Shown here: positions 11,071-24,188 of the stretch, in pieces | Layout: each line of letters opens with the position of its first letter | Numbering within the stretch: the stretch's first letter is position 1 | Notes under the pieces: generated by a model | The model's database searches: none | The model's input: the letters and a program-made list of their open reading frames with translations, nothing else | What the model was told of the DNA's origin: nothing | Origin: Octopus sinensis | Lineage: Eukaryota | Length of the DNA: 64,000 nt | Assembly (NCBI RefSeq): GCF_006345805.1 | Contig: NC_043002.1 | Coordinates: forward strand, 8,184,001 to 8,248,000 | Direction of reading: 5' to 3' | Translations under genes and position numbers: made by a program

Positions 11071-11639
11071 TTATCTTTTGGAAAAATTTATATCTGTGCT
11101 GGTGGCACTTAAAAAGGACCCACTACACTCTTGGAGTGGTTGGCGTTAGGAAGGGCATCCAGCTGTAGAAATTCTGCCAAATCAAGATTGGAGCCTGGTG
11201 CAGCCATCTGGTTTGCCAGCCCTCAGTCAAAATCGTCCAACCCATGCTAGCATGAAAAGCAGACGTTAAACAATGATGATGATGATCTGTTTTAGAAGTG
11301 GATAAGATATTGCACTTTCAATATGCTGGCCCTTGAGTTCAAATTTGTTGTAGGAGTTTCACATGTATTTGAGCTGAAAACTCAATCCTGCATTCACCTA
11401 ACTGGGAGAGTTATTTGCAATAGATTGCAATCCTCTCAACTATAATAAACATTTATCTATCATTTAACAGCACAGAACTAAAGCTAAGCATCAGCTCATG
11501 TACACCTTGCTATCCTTATGGCCTTTATGTCTGTTATCAACGAGTCTGTTGTAGTAAGTTCTTTCAGTAAGAAATGCATACGGTTTGGATTGCAATAAGT
11601 CAGAAAATCTGGTTGTGGCAGAGTTACAGAAGAAGGGAA

Positions 11640-12000
11640 CCTACTGTACTTACTTGTACTTGTGGCAACATTCACCCTGGGCAGGTTGAGTCGGCTTCTT
11701 CCACCTTGGAAGAAGTTTCGTGGGAATATGTGGATTTCACAAGTGGTCCCCAACAATCCCGCATGTAGAGACATCCTGTTTGCCGCAGATTGTTCGCAGA
11801 CGCAAGGACAGAACGACTGAGGAGCCACCAGTTGCCGAAGCAGACATTCCAAGGATTTTCACCAGGTTTAACCACTCGGTGTCAGACCAATCCGCCTTGG
11901 ATGGCCCTACCAGGAACCGAAGTTCCCGATGGCATAGCTCTGACACTACCCGTTGCCAGCGTCCCCACCATGGTGAAGAGGGGATGGACTTTGGGGACGT
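11640..12000 (-). mobile_element. LINE-like 3' fragment with (AAGT) tail; second copy at 14236-14612
   Basis: Two homologous segments in PSMG2 introns 2 and 4 ending ...EEADSTCPG* followed by CAAGTAAGTA, an RTE-like terminus; clade assignment is tentative. Confidence 0.55.
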
Positions 12001-12109
12001 GGAACCTATTGTAGTAGTAGTAAAAACAAAAAGGGTCAAAGTAAATGAAGCATGACAATGAATCAGGGATTTTTCTTTATTCAGATTCTTGTTTTCTTTC
12101 TTTTTTCAG

Positions 12110-12168
12110 TGTATGAATGTGAGGAAAAGAAACTTGTAGTTTTACTTCAACGAGCACCATTTGCCAAA
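12110..12168 (+). CDS. PSMG2: PSMG2 exon 3 (VYECEEKKLVVLLQRAPFAK)
   Basis: Polypyrimidine tract + CAG acceptor, GTAAGT donor, 59 nt, phases 1/0 consistent with neighbours; matches PAC2 EVY...KLV.LQ.R. Confidence 0.93.
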
Positions 12169-12435
12169 GTAAGTCATTTCATTATATTGGTTTTAAATTC
12201 TGGTACAAGGCCAATAATTTCAGGGGAGCAGGTCAGTCAACTACATCGACCCTGGTCTTCAACTGGTATTTATTTTATCAATCTTGAAAGGATGAAAGGC
12301 TAAGTCGACCATGGCAGAATTTGAACTCAAAATGTAAAGACAGATGAAATGCTGTTAAGCATTTTGCCTGGTGTGCTGACAGTTCTACCAGCTCATCACC
12401 TAAAATTATTTTATTATATTGAGCATTGAGCCCCA

Positions 12436-12924
12436 TGGAGGCAAAGTGGCTGAGCTCCTGGGCCACATGGAAGCAAAGTGGCTGAACTCTTGGGCTGCAT
12501 GGAGCAGAGTGGCTGAGCTCTTGAGCCTCATGGAAGCAAAGTGGCTGAACTCTTGGGCTGCATGGAGCAAAGTGGCTGAGCTCCTGGGCCTCACGGAAGC
12601 AAAGTGGCTGAACTCTTGGGCTGCATGGAGCAGAGTGGCTGAGCTCCTGGGCCTCATGGAAGCAAAGTGGCTGAACTCTTGGCTGCATGGAGCAGAGTGG
12701 CTGAGCTCCTGGGCCTCACGGAAGCAAAGTGGCTGAACTCTTGGGCTGCATGGAGCAGAGTGGCTGAGCTCCTGGGCCTCACGGAAGCAAAGTGGCTGAA
12801 CTCTTGGGCTGCATGGAGCAGAGTGGCTGAGCTCCTGGGCCTCACGGAAGCAAAGTGGCTGAACTCTTGGGCTGCATGGAGCAAAGTGGCTGAGCTCCTG
12901 GGCCTCATGGGAGCAAAGTGGCTG
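12436..12924 (+). repeat. 63-bp minisatellite (31+32 bp sub-units, about 7.8 copies) in PSMG2 intron 3
   Basis: Unit GGAGCAGAGTGGCTGAGCTCCTGGGCCTCAC-GGAAGCAAAGTGGCTGAACTCTTGGGCTGCAT; runs directly into an RTE 3' end at 12975-13280. Confidence 0.92.
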
Positions 12925-13622
12925 GGTTTCTTTCGAGTGTTGGACCTCACAGAGGTGAGGTGCCTGAGTTCCTTTAAAGTGTTGGGCTTCACGGAGTCAA
13001 TGAACAAGACCTTTAGCATTATGACCTGCTTGAGAAGAAGACCCAGCAAGCCAAGCAAAATTGCAGTTGTGGCAGGTACCAGTGTCACGCAAATGGCACC
13101 CGTGCCAGTGGCATGTAAAAGCACCCATTACACTCTTGGAGTGGTTGGCATTAGGAAGGGTATCCAGCTGTAGGGAACCGTGCCAAATCAGACTGGTTCC
13201 TGGCACAGCATGCCAGCCCAGTTAAACCGTCCAACCCATGCCAGCAGGTACAATGGATGTTAGATGACGATGATGATGATGATTGCCAAATTTTCAAAAT
13301 TAATTTCTCTTTATTTCCTATTCTATATCATTCATTGTACGAATGGCGTTAGATACATTGATGTAACATTATGAAACTATGAAAGAAATGATGTTTTGTG
13401 TAATTCTCTGAGGGTTTACTACAGTCAGCATGCCATCAAGACCAGGTGTGGCTTGTTTGAATAAATAGCCTTGTCTGGTGGTAGACAGACTGGACTTCTA
13501 GAATAGTATTTTATTGAAACAGTTTTTGCTAAACTTTTGTGATTTACTTACATCTTTACTACTTTTACAATATATTTGGTTGATATCAAGTAAATTGGTT
13601 TTCTTTTATTCTTTGTAACAAG

Positions 13623-13741
13623 GGCAAGCAATCGGGATACCGTAAACGCTTAGTTCAATGGATTAAAGAGCAAATGTTTGGCCAAGTTATCATTTTAACA
13701 AGTAGTTCAGCACATGAACGTCTTGATGTTCAACTTCATGG
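13623..13741 (+). CDS. PSMG2: PSMG2 exon 4 (GKQSGYRKRLVQWIKEQMFGQVIILTSSSAHERLDVQLHG)
   Basis: AAG acceptor, GTAAGT donor, 119 nt; matches PAC2 L..W.K....VI.LSSS.a..R.D.QL. Confidence 0.93.
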
Positions 13742-14896
13742 GTAAGTAACACACTTGTCGTTTCTCTGTTATGGCATCAACCCTTTCATTACTGTATTTC
13801 TGTTGAGATGCTCTGTGATTGTTTCAATTCCTTTAAATATAACAAAGAATTTTGTAAACTAACTTAGTTATCATTAAGCTAGTGTTAGGAACATAAATTG
13901 TGACTAAGGTTTGGTGGAAGATTTTAATTCAAAACTTATGAAAACAAGACATTTGTACTAAAGAGCCAGAGCCGGTTTTAGCCAGGTTGGTAATGAAAGG
14001 GTTAACCCTTTAGCATTTAAACTGACCAAAATATTCTTTTGCATTCACCTTTCATGTTGAAACCAGCCAGATCAAGCCACTCACAACTACCCTACACTGC
14101 CAATCTGAAAATTAACAATCACATTATATTAATCTCAAAGACCTGAGATAATCCATGATTAATTCAAAACAGTTTGAATAAATAAGCATCACATTTGAAT
14201 AGGGTTTGTTATTGCTATTTAGCCCTAGAGTAAGTCTACTTACTTGTGGCGACATTCACCCTGGGCAGGTTGAGTCGGCTTCTTCCACCACCCTCGAGGC
14301 ATTGTATTTGCCATTGAGACTTCATGGAAGAAGTTTCGTGGGAATATGTGGTTTTGACAAAGCGGTCCCCAACAATCCTGCATGTAGAGACATCCTGTTT
14401 GCTGCAGATTGTCCACAGACGCAGGGGCAGAACGACCGAGGAGCCACCGGTTGCCGAAACAGACACTCCGAGGTTGTGGCCCTAATACCACTCGGTGTCA
14501 GACCAATCCACTTTGGGTGGCCCTACCAGGAACCAAGTTCCCGATGGCATAGCTCTGACACTACTCGTTGCCAGCGTCCCCGCCACGGTGAGGAGGGGAT
14601 GGACTTTGGGGACTAGAGTAATTCAGGTTGAGCTGACTTATAGTCAAAAGTATTCAGCCATAACCATTCCAATAATTACTTAATGTATCCTTTCTTCCGA
14701 ATGCCAACCACTTTGCAGTGTGGACTTTAGGGATATCAGGCGATGCAGTGAACGGAAAACAGGGGTGGTGGATGTTGTTAGTGATGAATATCAATTTGGG
14801 AAAGGTGAAGGAAATGCAGGTAGATCAGGGAGGAGAAAAGTAGGGGTACACACACACACACACATATATATATTTTACTTTTACTTTCTCTTTCAG

Positions 14897-15100
14897 TTCA
14901 CAATTTCGGTTTCTCTTGTCGCCTGGTCAAGAATCAACGGTTGGAGACTTTCTACAGAACAAGCTAAAGTGGAAACCATTAGAGAAAAGGCCTTGTTTCC
15001 CAGCACCTTCTGCTATCGAAAGTGAATCCAACAGGGACCAGAATATGGTATCTCTCTATATTCCTGGGGGAGGAATTGCTAAAACCCTTTTTACTGATTG
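14897..15100 (+). CDS. PSMG2: PSMG2 exon 5 (SQFRFLLSP...SLYIPGGGIAKTLFTD)
   Basis: TTTCAG acceptor, GTAAGT donor, 204 nt, phase 2/2; conserved IPGGGI.K.L motif. Confidence 0.95.
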
Positions 15101-16804
15101 GTAAGTATATTTTTTTACAATAGCTTCTAAAACTAATTTTGCCTGTGTGGAAATTGTATCATCATCATCATCGTTTAACGTCCGTTCTCCATGCTAGCAT
15201 GGGTTGGACGGTTCGGCCAGGGTCTGGTAAGCCATGGAGGCTGCACCAGGCTCCAGTCTGATCTGGCAGTGTTTCTACAGCTGGATGCCCTTCCTAACGC
15301 CAACCACTCCATGAGTGTATTGGGTGCTTTTTACGTGCCACCGGCATGGAAGCCAGTCAAGGCAGCGCTGGGATCGGCCACATACGGATGATGCTTTTTA
15401 TGTGCCACTGGCACAGGTGTCAGGGGAGGCTGGCAACGGCCATGATCAGTTGGTGCTTTTTATGTGCCACCGGCATGGAAGCCAGTCAAGGTGGCACTGG
15501 CATCGACCATGTACAGATTGTGCTTTTTAGGTACCACCGGCACAGGTGCCAGGGTAGGCTGGCAACAGCCACAATCGGTTGGTGCTTTTTACGTGCTGCC
15601 GACACGGAAGCCAGCCAAGGTGGCGATTTATGATTATCTGTCTTGAATAATCCTTGAATAATCCTTAAAATCCTTAAAATTAGAAACCTGTGTGAGTTGT
15701 TGTGCCCCATAACAAATATATTGAACTCAAGTGGCCCAGTCCACCTAGCTTTCAATAAGCACCACTTGAATGTACAGTCCATCACTTAAGTATCAGTTTG
15801 TTGTTGCTTAACCCTTGACTGACCGAGCAAATCTATGCTCAAACTCATCGCAGACATGATCATCCCAGCCTTGTCTCAGGCATTGCATGTCTAAGATTAC
15901 TTTCCCCATTGCATGTCTGAGGTAAAGTAATGATTGTCCCTCCTTTTCACAACATTCAAGACAGTAGGATATGAGATAAGGGAGATTAGTTGCTATTTCT
16001 AGCAGGTTAAACATCAGCCAACCCTGCCTCCTTTTGAGATGCGGGCGTGATTTGAAGGAAATTTGATTGCTGCATCTGGCAGATCAGATGACAGCGTACA
16101 GGCTCCCTCAATGATTTATCAGTTGAGCAAGAGACTCTTTATTTTATTTTAAGATAACATCAGTAGTACTTTCCAGTGATGTAAACTGAGTGATTGTATT
16201 GCCTAGATTTTCAGATTGACTGAAGTCTTGTGAAAGGTCACGAGCTTTGGTAAATCTTGCTTGACAGTCTATTTTGCCCCATTGATTTGGCTAATAAAGC
16301 TTCTTGTATAAGTAAAGTCATCTACATAGTCCAGTAGCTTGTTGTTGGCAATGATAGGTGCAGTTCTTGGAGTTTATGCACATGTTTCTGAGGTACTGAT
16401 GTTAAGACCTGTTTGCATTACATAGTTGCTCAAAACCTATCAGTTTTTTCCTGTAAATAATCATCATTGTTTAACATCCGTTTTCCATGCTAGCATGGGT
16501 TGGACGGTTCAACCGGAGTCTTGTAAGCCATGGAGGCTGCACCAGGCTCTAGTCTGATTTGGCAGTGTTTCTACAGCTGGATGCCCTTCCTAACGCCAAC
16601 CACTCTGTTCTCAGAGCATCCATCCCCACTACAGACTTGGTCACCTAGGTAGCGGAAGCTATCAACTACTTCTAGTTTTTCTCCCTGATATGTGATGGAA
16701 TCTGTTTTCTAAACAAATCGACCATAGTATTTTTTAAGTCTACTTAGTCTGTCGGTCCCTTTTGCCAAACTAATAACTAAGCAAAATATTCCACAAATCA
16801 TGCT

Positions 16805-17033
16805 TTAACCCTTTCGTTACCAACCCGGCTGAAACCGGCTCTGGCTCATTAGTAGAAATGTCTTGTTTTCATAAGTTTTGAGTTAAAATCTTCCACCAAA
16901 CCTTAGTCACAATTTATGTTCCTAACACTAGGTTAATGATAACTGAGTTATTTTACTAAATTCTTTGTTATATTTAAAATAATTGAAAGAAACGCGGAGC
17001 ATCTCAAAATAAATACAGTAACGAAAGGGTTAA
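16805..17033. mobile_element. piggyBac-type MITE; other copies 13777-14005 and 39617-39861
   Basis: TTAA-CCCTTTCGTTAC...GTAACGAAAGGG-TTAA. Confidence 0.85.
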
Positions 17034-17827
17034 TGATTTTTCCATTCCACCAACTGTGGATGATGAGGAGGATGACAATGATGATGCCTCTTCTTAATTG
17101 CTGCATCCCTAACAACAGCTGACACTCAAGTTCTCAAAAGAAAAGAAATTATTCAAATATAAGGGATATTAAAATGTGGAGGTTGCACACAAGAAACAAT
17201 TTCCATTAATAATCGGTGCCTTGGAAATGATAAAAGAGAAACCAGAATGACATGCAGACAAATACATAGCATAACCCCAGTACTGACAAATATTCACAAC
17301 TTGCACAACTTAGATACTACATATACCAACCGATTGTGGCCGTTGCCAGCCTCCTCTGACACCTATGCTGGTGGCATGTAAAAAGCACCATCCGTACGGG
17401 GTCGATGCCAGCGCCGCCTTGACTGGCTTCCATGCCAGTGGCACATAAAAGCACTAACCGATCGTGGCTGTTGCCAGCCTCCCCTGTCACGTAAAAAGTA
17501 CCCACTACACTCACGGAGTGGTTAGCGTTAGGAAGGGCATCCAGCTGTAGAAACACTGCCAGATCAAGATTGGAGCCTGGTGCAGCCTCCTGGCTTCCCA
17601 GATCCCCGGTCGAACTGTCCAACCCATGCTAGCATGGAAAACGGACGTTAAACGATGATGATGATATCACACAAGAGTACTTTCAATGCAACCGAAACAA
17701 CAAAACCAAAATAAAAACCACATGTATCCAAGGTGTACTGAGTGTGCAATGCAGTGAGAGCATGCAATAAAAATAAGTCAACTAAATAATAATAATAATA
17801 ATTGTTTTTTTCTTTTGTGTATTGAAG

Positions 17828-17951
17828 CTGTGATGCCGAGATTCCTGTTAGTGTCCTGCTGTTGTTCTGTGCTGAAGGGGATAATGCCTGGCATGCTAAG
17901 TACCTAGCAACAATTCTCAATCAGTGGATGAATTTAGTACCAATGCCAATG
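17828..17951 (+). CDS. PSMG2: PSMG2 exon 6 (CCDAEIPVSVLLLFCAEGDNAWHAKYLATILNQWMNLVPMPM)
   Basis: GAAG acceptor, GTAAGT donor, 124 nt; conserved F..EGDN..dA..L...lN.W motif. Confidence 0.94.
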
Positions 17952-18361
17952 GTAAGTACATACGTATAATCATGTATGGAGACATTAAGTGAACCTCTAC
18001 ATGCTTGCTTGACTTGCTAGAAATAGCAGCCAAATCTTTCTGAAATTATTTTCTATTCTCTTAAATAAAAAGGAAAGGCATATTGGATAATATAATTCTA
18101 GGTATACAAAAAAGAAAAAAAAAAAAGAAAGGACGGTTATAGCTAGAATGCCTTTGACTGTAGGTCTGCTTACGAGGGGCTCAACAGTGGTATATATATA
18201 TTTTGTATTTTACTTGATATAACATGCATTTGTGAACAGTAGCGTTGTTGATTATTGGCTTCTTACAATTTCCAATCACTGGTTCACTACATTTTTGATG
18301 GTAGAATAAATACCACAAAACATTGATTTACTGGTAATTTCTCACTGCCTTTATACATATC

Positions 18362-18394
<33 letters not shown>

Positions 18395-18804
18395 GTACAA
18401 AGTAAGATAGGGGTTATGGGTGTAACCCACTATGGGATATCATTTATCCAATATACTGTTGGTAAAGTACCCAAATTCTTGATACATAAATGTTTTTAAT
18501 TGCAATGCAATTAATTCATTTATTGTATTAAACGGGTGAAGGTAAAGAAATATTTTTACAGTAAATTTATAATACAAATAAGAAAATAGAGAAACATATT
18601 TGATTTGTTCATCAACTTACGGATATTATAATGTTGGATTATTTATTCATTTTACAAATAAGAACATCAAAAGCATACAAAAATATTATATAAATGCTTT
18701 TGATGTTCTCATTTGTAAAATGAATAAATTATCCAACATTATAATATACGTAAGTTGATGAACAAAGTGAATTTGTTTCTCCATTTTTTTATTTGTATTA
18801 TATA

Positions 18805-19510
18805 TATCATCATCATCATCATCATCGTTTAACGTCCGTTTTCCGCGCTAGCACGGGTTGGATGGTTCGACCGGGATCTGGGAAGCCAGGGCTGCACCAG
18901 GCTCCAGTCTGATCTGGCAGTGTTTCTACAGCTGGATGCCGTTCCTAACGCCAACCACTCCGCGAGTGTAGTGGGTGCTTTTTACGTGCCACCTGCACAG
19001 GTGCCAGGGGAGTCTGGCTTCGGCTACAATCGGTTGGTGCTTTTAATGTGCCACTGGCACGGAAGCCAGCCAAGGCAGCGCTGGCATCGGCCACGTTCGG
19101 ATGGTGCTTTTTATGTGCCACCGGCACAGGTATCACAACTACTATTTCCATTGATATTTGTTTCAATGTTCATGTACATGCACTTGACTCAACAGGTCTC
19201 CTCAAGCACAGCGAGATGTTCCGAGATCCAAGGTACTTTGAATGGGCAGGGGCTATGCGGAACTGGTGCCAGAAGCATCCCGGGTCTTTGTAGTCACAGC
19301 ACATCTCTAGAGATCTCGGTCCTTCGCCATTGCCTCAGTGAGGCCCAACGCTCTGAGGTCATGCTTGACTACCTCATCCCATGTCTTCCTGGGTCTACCT
19401 CTCCCCCTGATTCCTTCAACTGTTTGGGAGCGGCACTTCTTCACACATCTCTCTTCATCCATCTGCAGTACATGCAGTACATCACAAGCGTTGCTCTTGC
19501 ACACCGCATA
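18805..19510 (-). mobile_element. RTE 3' fragment (C-terminal coding region + 3' UTR) in PSMG2 intron 6
   Basis: Translation ...GRGRPRKTWDEVVKHDLRALGLTEAMAKDRDL, then the 3' UTR and a (CAT)n tail on +. Confidence 0.88.
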
Positions 19511-21216
19511 TATATGCATGCATACAAGTTTGAGAGATTGAAAGCATTACAACAGAAAGCCAAACACAAAATAGTGGTGATGATGAAAGCTGTGTATGTG
19601 TGCACGTGCATAGAGATCCAGCTGCGAGATGATTGTACTCACGGAGTTCACTGCGAACAGGAGCATTGTAAGCCTCAGCTCTGACATTGCTCACACAGAA
19701 GCAGTGGTTGGTGGTAAGGCCTGTCTGAGGTAGGAAATAAGCAAGTCATATATATATATCATCATCATTTAACGTCCGTTCTCCATGCTTGCATGGGTTG
19801 GACGGTTCGACCGGGGATCTGGGAAGCCAGAAGGCTGCACCAGGCTCTAGTCTGATCTGGCAGTGTTTCTACAGCTGGATGCCCTTCCTAACGCCAACCA
19901 CTCCGTGAGTGTAGTGGGTGCTTTTTACGTGCCACCTGCACAGGTGCCAGGGGAGGCCGGCAACGGCCACGATCAGATTGGTGCATTTTACGTGCCACCG
20001 GCACGGAAGCCAGTCGAGGCAGCACTGGCATCGGCCACGATTCAGATAGCGCTTTTTACGTGCCACCAGCTCAGGGATCACAACTGCAGTTTCCATTGAT
20101 TTTGATGTCATTTATATCTATATTGTCCATCTGTCTGTTCATCAATCCACATACAGGCACAGGTATAGCCGTGTGGTTAAGAAGACCACTTTACAACCAT
20201 GTGGTTTCAGGTTCAGTTCCACTGTGCAGTACCTTTGGTGTTTTGTCATTTTTATTGCATATTTGCACAGCATTACGTTTGGAGTGAAGTTGGTAGACAG
20301 AAACTGTGCAAAACCTGTTATATGTGTGTGTGTGTAACTTGATGGTATGCCCCAACACCTTATCACTATCGTTGTCTCTCTTTTTCTAACTGCGAGACAC
20401 CTGTTCCTGTCCTTCTATCACCCTCTCATTACCAGACATGACACTACCATTCTCAGTACTACACCCCTATTCAAATGGGGGGCTTTTCTTGAAAGTTACT
20501 GGGTGACCTCATTAGTACCAGTACCATGGAAAAAGTACCCAGTATACTCTGTGAAATGGTTGGCATCCAGTTGTAGAAACCATGCCAGAGCAGACAATGG
20601 AGCCTGATGCAGTCCTTGGACTCACTGATCTCTGTTGAATCATCCAAACCACTTTACAGAGTTTCAAGTTCTCTCTACAAATTCTTTATAGAATGTAGAG
20701 TCAGCACAAATGTTAAAAATTTCACTCTTTTGTCACTTTATATGGCAAAGAGTTATAGCGCTGAGGCCAATGCCAGCGCCGCCCCGACTGGCTTCTGTGC
20801 CGGTGGCACTTAAAAAGCACCATCCAAACATGGCCGTTGCCAGCGCCGCCTAGGCTGGCTTCCGTGCCGGTGGCACGTTAAAAGCTCCAACTGATCGTGG
20901 CCAATGCCGGACCCCCCTGGCACCTGTGCAGGTGGCACGTAAAAAGCACCCACTACACTCGCGGAGTGGTTGGCGTTAGGAAGGGCATCCAGCTGTAGAA
21001 ACTCTGCCAGATCAGACTGGAGCCTGGTGCAGCCCCTGACTTCCGAGACCCCGGTCGAACTGTCCAACCCGTGCTAGCGCGGAAAACAGACGTTAAACGA
21101 TGATGATGATGATGTGTTTTCATTTTATTATATTGATCTTTGATGTACACTTTTAAGCAGTTAAATAGCAGTCAACCAATTTCAAAGCCTGATTGTTTTT
21201 AATTTTCTCATTTCAG

Positions 21217-21312
21217 TCTCCAAACTTACTGATGCCTTCAGATATCTGGAAAATTCCCCCATCATGGAGACTCACATTTGGAAATACATTTGACCAAACT
21301 CTGTTCCATTGA
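21217..21312 (+). CDS. PSMG2: PSMG2 last coding exon (SPNLLMPSDIWKIPPSWRLTFGNTFDQTLFH*)
   Basis: TTTCAG acceptor, WKIPxSWRLxFG C-terminal PAC2 motif, TGA at 21310-21312. Spliced CDS totals 855 nt (284 aa + stop); AATAAA follows near 21343. Confidence 0.94.
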   Translation, partial: SPNLLMPSDIWKIPPSWRLTFGNTFDQTLFH

Positions 21313-21511
21313 CCTGAAATATTTTTTGCTTGAAAGACTTAAATAAATTATCTTTTTGTCACCATTCTACATTAATTTCATTCTATTCATCATATAAACA
21401 TTTTCATCCAATAATTTCTCCAAACTTATAAAAAGCAGTAAAATAAAAATTATTAATTTTTCTTCGTTTTTTAAGAAGTTATGTTGTTAGAAAACAAAAG
21501 AATATTGACCA

Positions 21512-21895
21512 GGAATGGCTGTGTGGTAAGTAGCTTGCTAACCAACCACATGGTCCCGCGTTCAGTCCCACTGCGTGGCATCTTGGGCAAGTGTCTTCTG
21601 CTATAGCCCCGGGCCGACCAATGCCTTGTGAGTGGATTTGGCAGACGGAAACTGAAAGAAGCCTGTCGTATATATGTATGTGTGTGTTTGTGTGTCTGCT
21701 GTGTTTGTCCCCCTAGCATTGCTTGACAACCGATGCTGGTGTGTTTACGTCCCCGTCACTTAGCGGTTCGACAAAAGAGACCGATAGAATAAGTACTGGG
21801 CTTACAAAGAATAAGTCCCGGGGTCGATTTGCTCGACTAAAGGCGGTGCTCCAGCATGGCCGCAGTCAAATGACTGAAACAAGTAAAAGAGTAGA
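21512..21895 (+). mobile_element. SINE family GGCTGTGTGGTAAGTAGCTTGC... with central microsatellite; other copies 35255-35720, 37390-37852, 38030-38415, 40410-40765, 51952-52362, partial 46845-46945 and 63800-64000
   Basis: tRNA-like head with GGTTCAGTCCC B box, conserved body, (AAAGAGT)-type tail. Confidence 0.88.
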
Positions 21896-24188
21896 TGACA
21901 AACGTTGTTCTTTGAGATTTTTTTTTTTAACACCATTCTGTACATTATCAATTTATGTATTTTGTAATGCTGGCATCGGTCAAATGAATTGTCACAATCT
22001 AAGTTACTTTTTTCTCTTGCAGTTACTGCTCTTCTACATGTGTTGGGAACTAGTATCTCACTAATTCGTTCCATTTTGAGTATACTTTCTATGGTTGGAT
22101 GCTGTTCTTAATGACAACTACTTTACATAATGCAGTGGGTGTATTTTACTGTGTAAATAGTACTTGAGAGGTTTTCTTGTCTCAGGCAAGACTAAAGAAC
22201 CCTCTTTAATCTGTTGTCTTTAATCTTTCATATATCAGCTACTTTACAGATTGTATGGGGTGTATCTTATTGTTGAACTAACACTAGTGATGATGACTCT
22301 GATGGTCCAAGGCAGCATGACTAGGAATGAAGAGGAGAGAGAGTGCCAGGATAAGAAGGTGAAAGAAAAGAAAAAGGATAGAAGAGACTCAGAGACAGTT
22401 TTATGTTGGTAACTACAGATACATATTTTTTCTGATAAAAAGCAATATTATATAGAAAACCATAGACACTTTTCCAACAAAATCATCAGTGCCTATAAGA
22501 AAATTAGCTTTACTACTCTCCACATTCTGAAAGGAAAGCAACATTAGCTTACATTATTTCAAAATAGCATTTTACTTTGTTTAAACAGAGGTGCCAATTT
22601 GAAGTACACATCCGGTAAACTTTGTTCATTTGCTTAATATCCATTTTCCGATGCCAGCACAGGGTTATGCAATGGCAGGAAGAATAGGGTGCTGGGTGAA
22701 ATATGCTTGAACATGTTTTTATATTACAGAAGCATTTCATTACTCAAAATCTTGCCATATGGAAATTTGTACTGTGAAGTTTATTTCTATTGAAGGAGGA
22801 TTTTATAGAATGATGCTCTTCTTGTTGCCAATCTTTACCGTTTCTATTCAAGGTCGTCAACAATGCCACCACTTTGCTCAACCTGTTACAAACATTAATC
22901 ATATTTGTAGTTGTGATACCTGTGCCAGTGGCACGTAAAAGAACCATCCGAACGTGGCCGTTGCCAGCGCCTCCGTGCTGATGACACGTAAAAAGCACCA
23001 ACCGATTGTGGCTCTTGCCAGCCTCGCCTGGCATCTGTGCAGGTGGAACGTAAAAAGCACCCACTACACTCACGGAGTGGTTGGCGTTAGGAAGGGCATC
23101 CAGCTGTAGAAACACTGCCAGATCAGACTGGAGCCTGGTGCAGCCTTCTGGCTTCCCAGACCCCGGTCAAACCGTCCAACCCATGCTAGCATGGAAAGCA
23201 GACGTTAAACGATGATGATGATGATGTTCACAAGGGATTGGGCAGCCTGAGGTTCTAGCAGAAGACACTCAAGATGCTAACCAGTGGAATTGAACCTGAA
23301 GCCACATGATTAAGAAGTGAAGTTTTTAACCAACAGCCATGTCTGCATCTAGAATATCTAATCTAAGTGCATCCCATACATTTCTAAGCTCTGTACCTAC
23401 AGGGGCAATTATAGCTATGCCTAGCACCTATATACATTAGGTAAATGGAATCACTATAAAACAGTGATTAGATCAACTCAAGAATAGATCAGGTATTTAA
23501 CTGATTTCAAAGAGAACTAAAAGCCAAAGTCAATTTTAGCCAGATTTGAACTCAGAACATGGCAGCAAATCTACTACATTACAAAAACAATCTTGCTGTA
23601 ATGATGAATTCCATAAATGGTAAACAGTATTTTCTCCAGGACATCCTTGTCTCATGAGAGTCAATGGAAATAAGTTTCACAGTACAAATTTCCATGTTAT
23701 GGCAAAATTTTGAGTAACGAAATACTTCTGAAACATAAAACCCATTTCTTTACTACTCACAAGGGGACAAACAAAGACAGACAAACAGATTAAGTCAATT
23801 ATATCGACTCCAGTGCGTAACTGGTACTTAATTTATCGACCCTGAAAGGATGGAAGGCAAAGTCGACCTCGGCGAAATTTGAACTCAGAACGTAACGGCA
23901 GACAAAATACCTATTTCTTTACTACCCACAAGGGGCTAAACACAGAGAGGACAAACAAGGACAGACAAATGGATTAATTTGATTATATCAACCCCGAAAG
24001 GATGAAAGGTAAAGTCGACCTCGGTGGAATTTGAACTCAGAACGTAACGGCAGATGAAATACAGCTATGCATTTCGCCCGGCGTGCTAACATTTCTGCCA
24101 GCTCGCCATCTTTTCTGTAACCCAAAACCTGTTCAAGCACATTTTATCCAGCACACTGCATAGGGAATGGAAAACAAAAAAGTACAAG

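Noticed and set aside
12436-12924. Regular repeat array resembling CRISPR, and long ORFs (136-168 aa) across it
   Set aside because: No unique spacers, eukaryotic intron context, no cas genes; the ORFs are open only because the unit is 63 nt.
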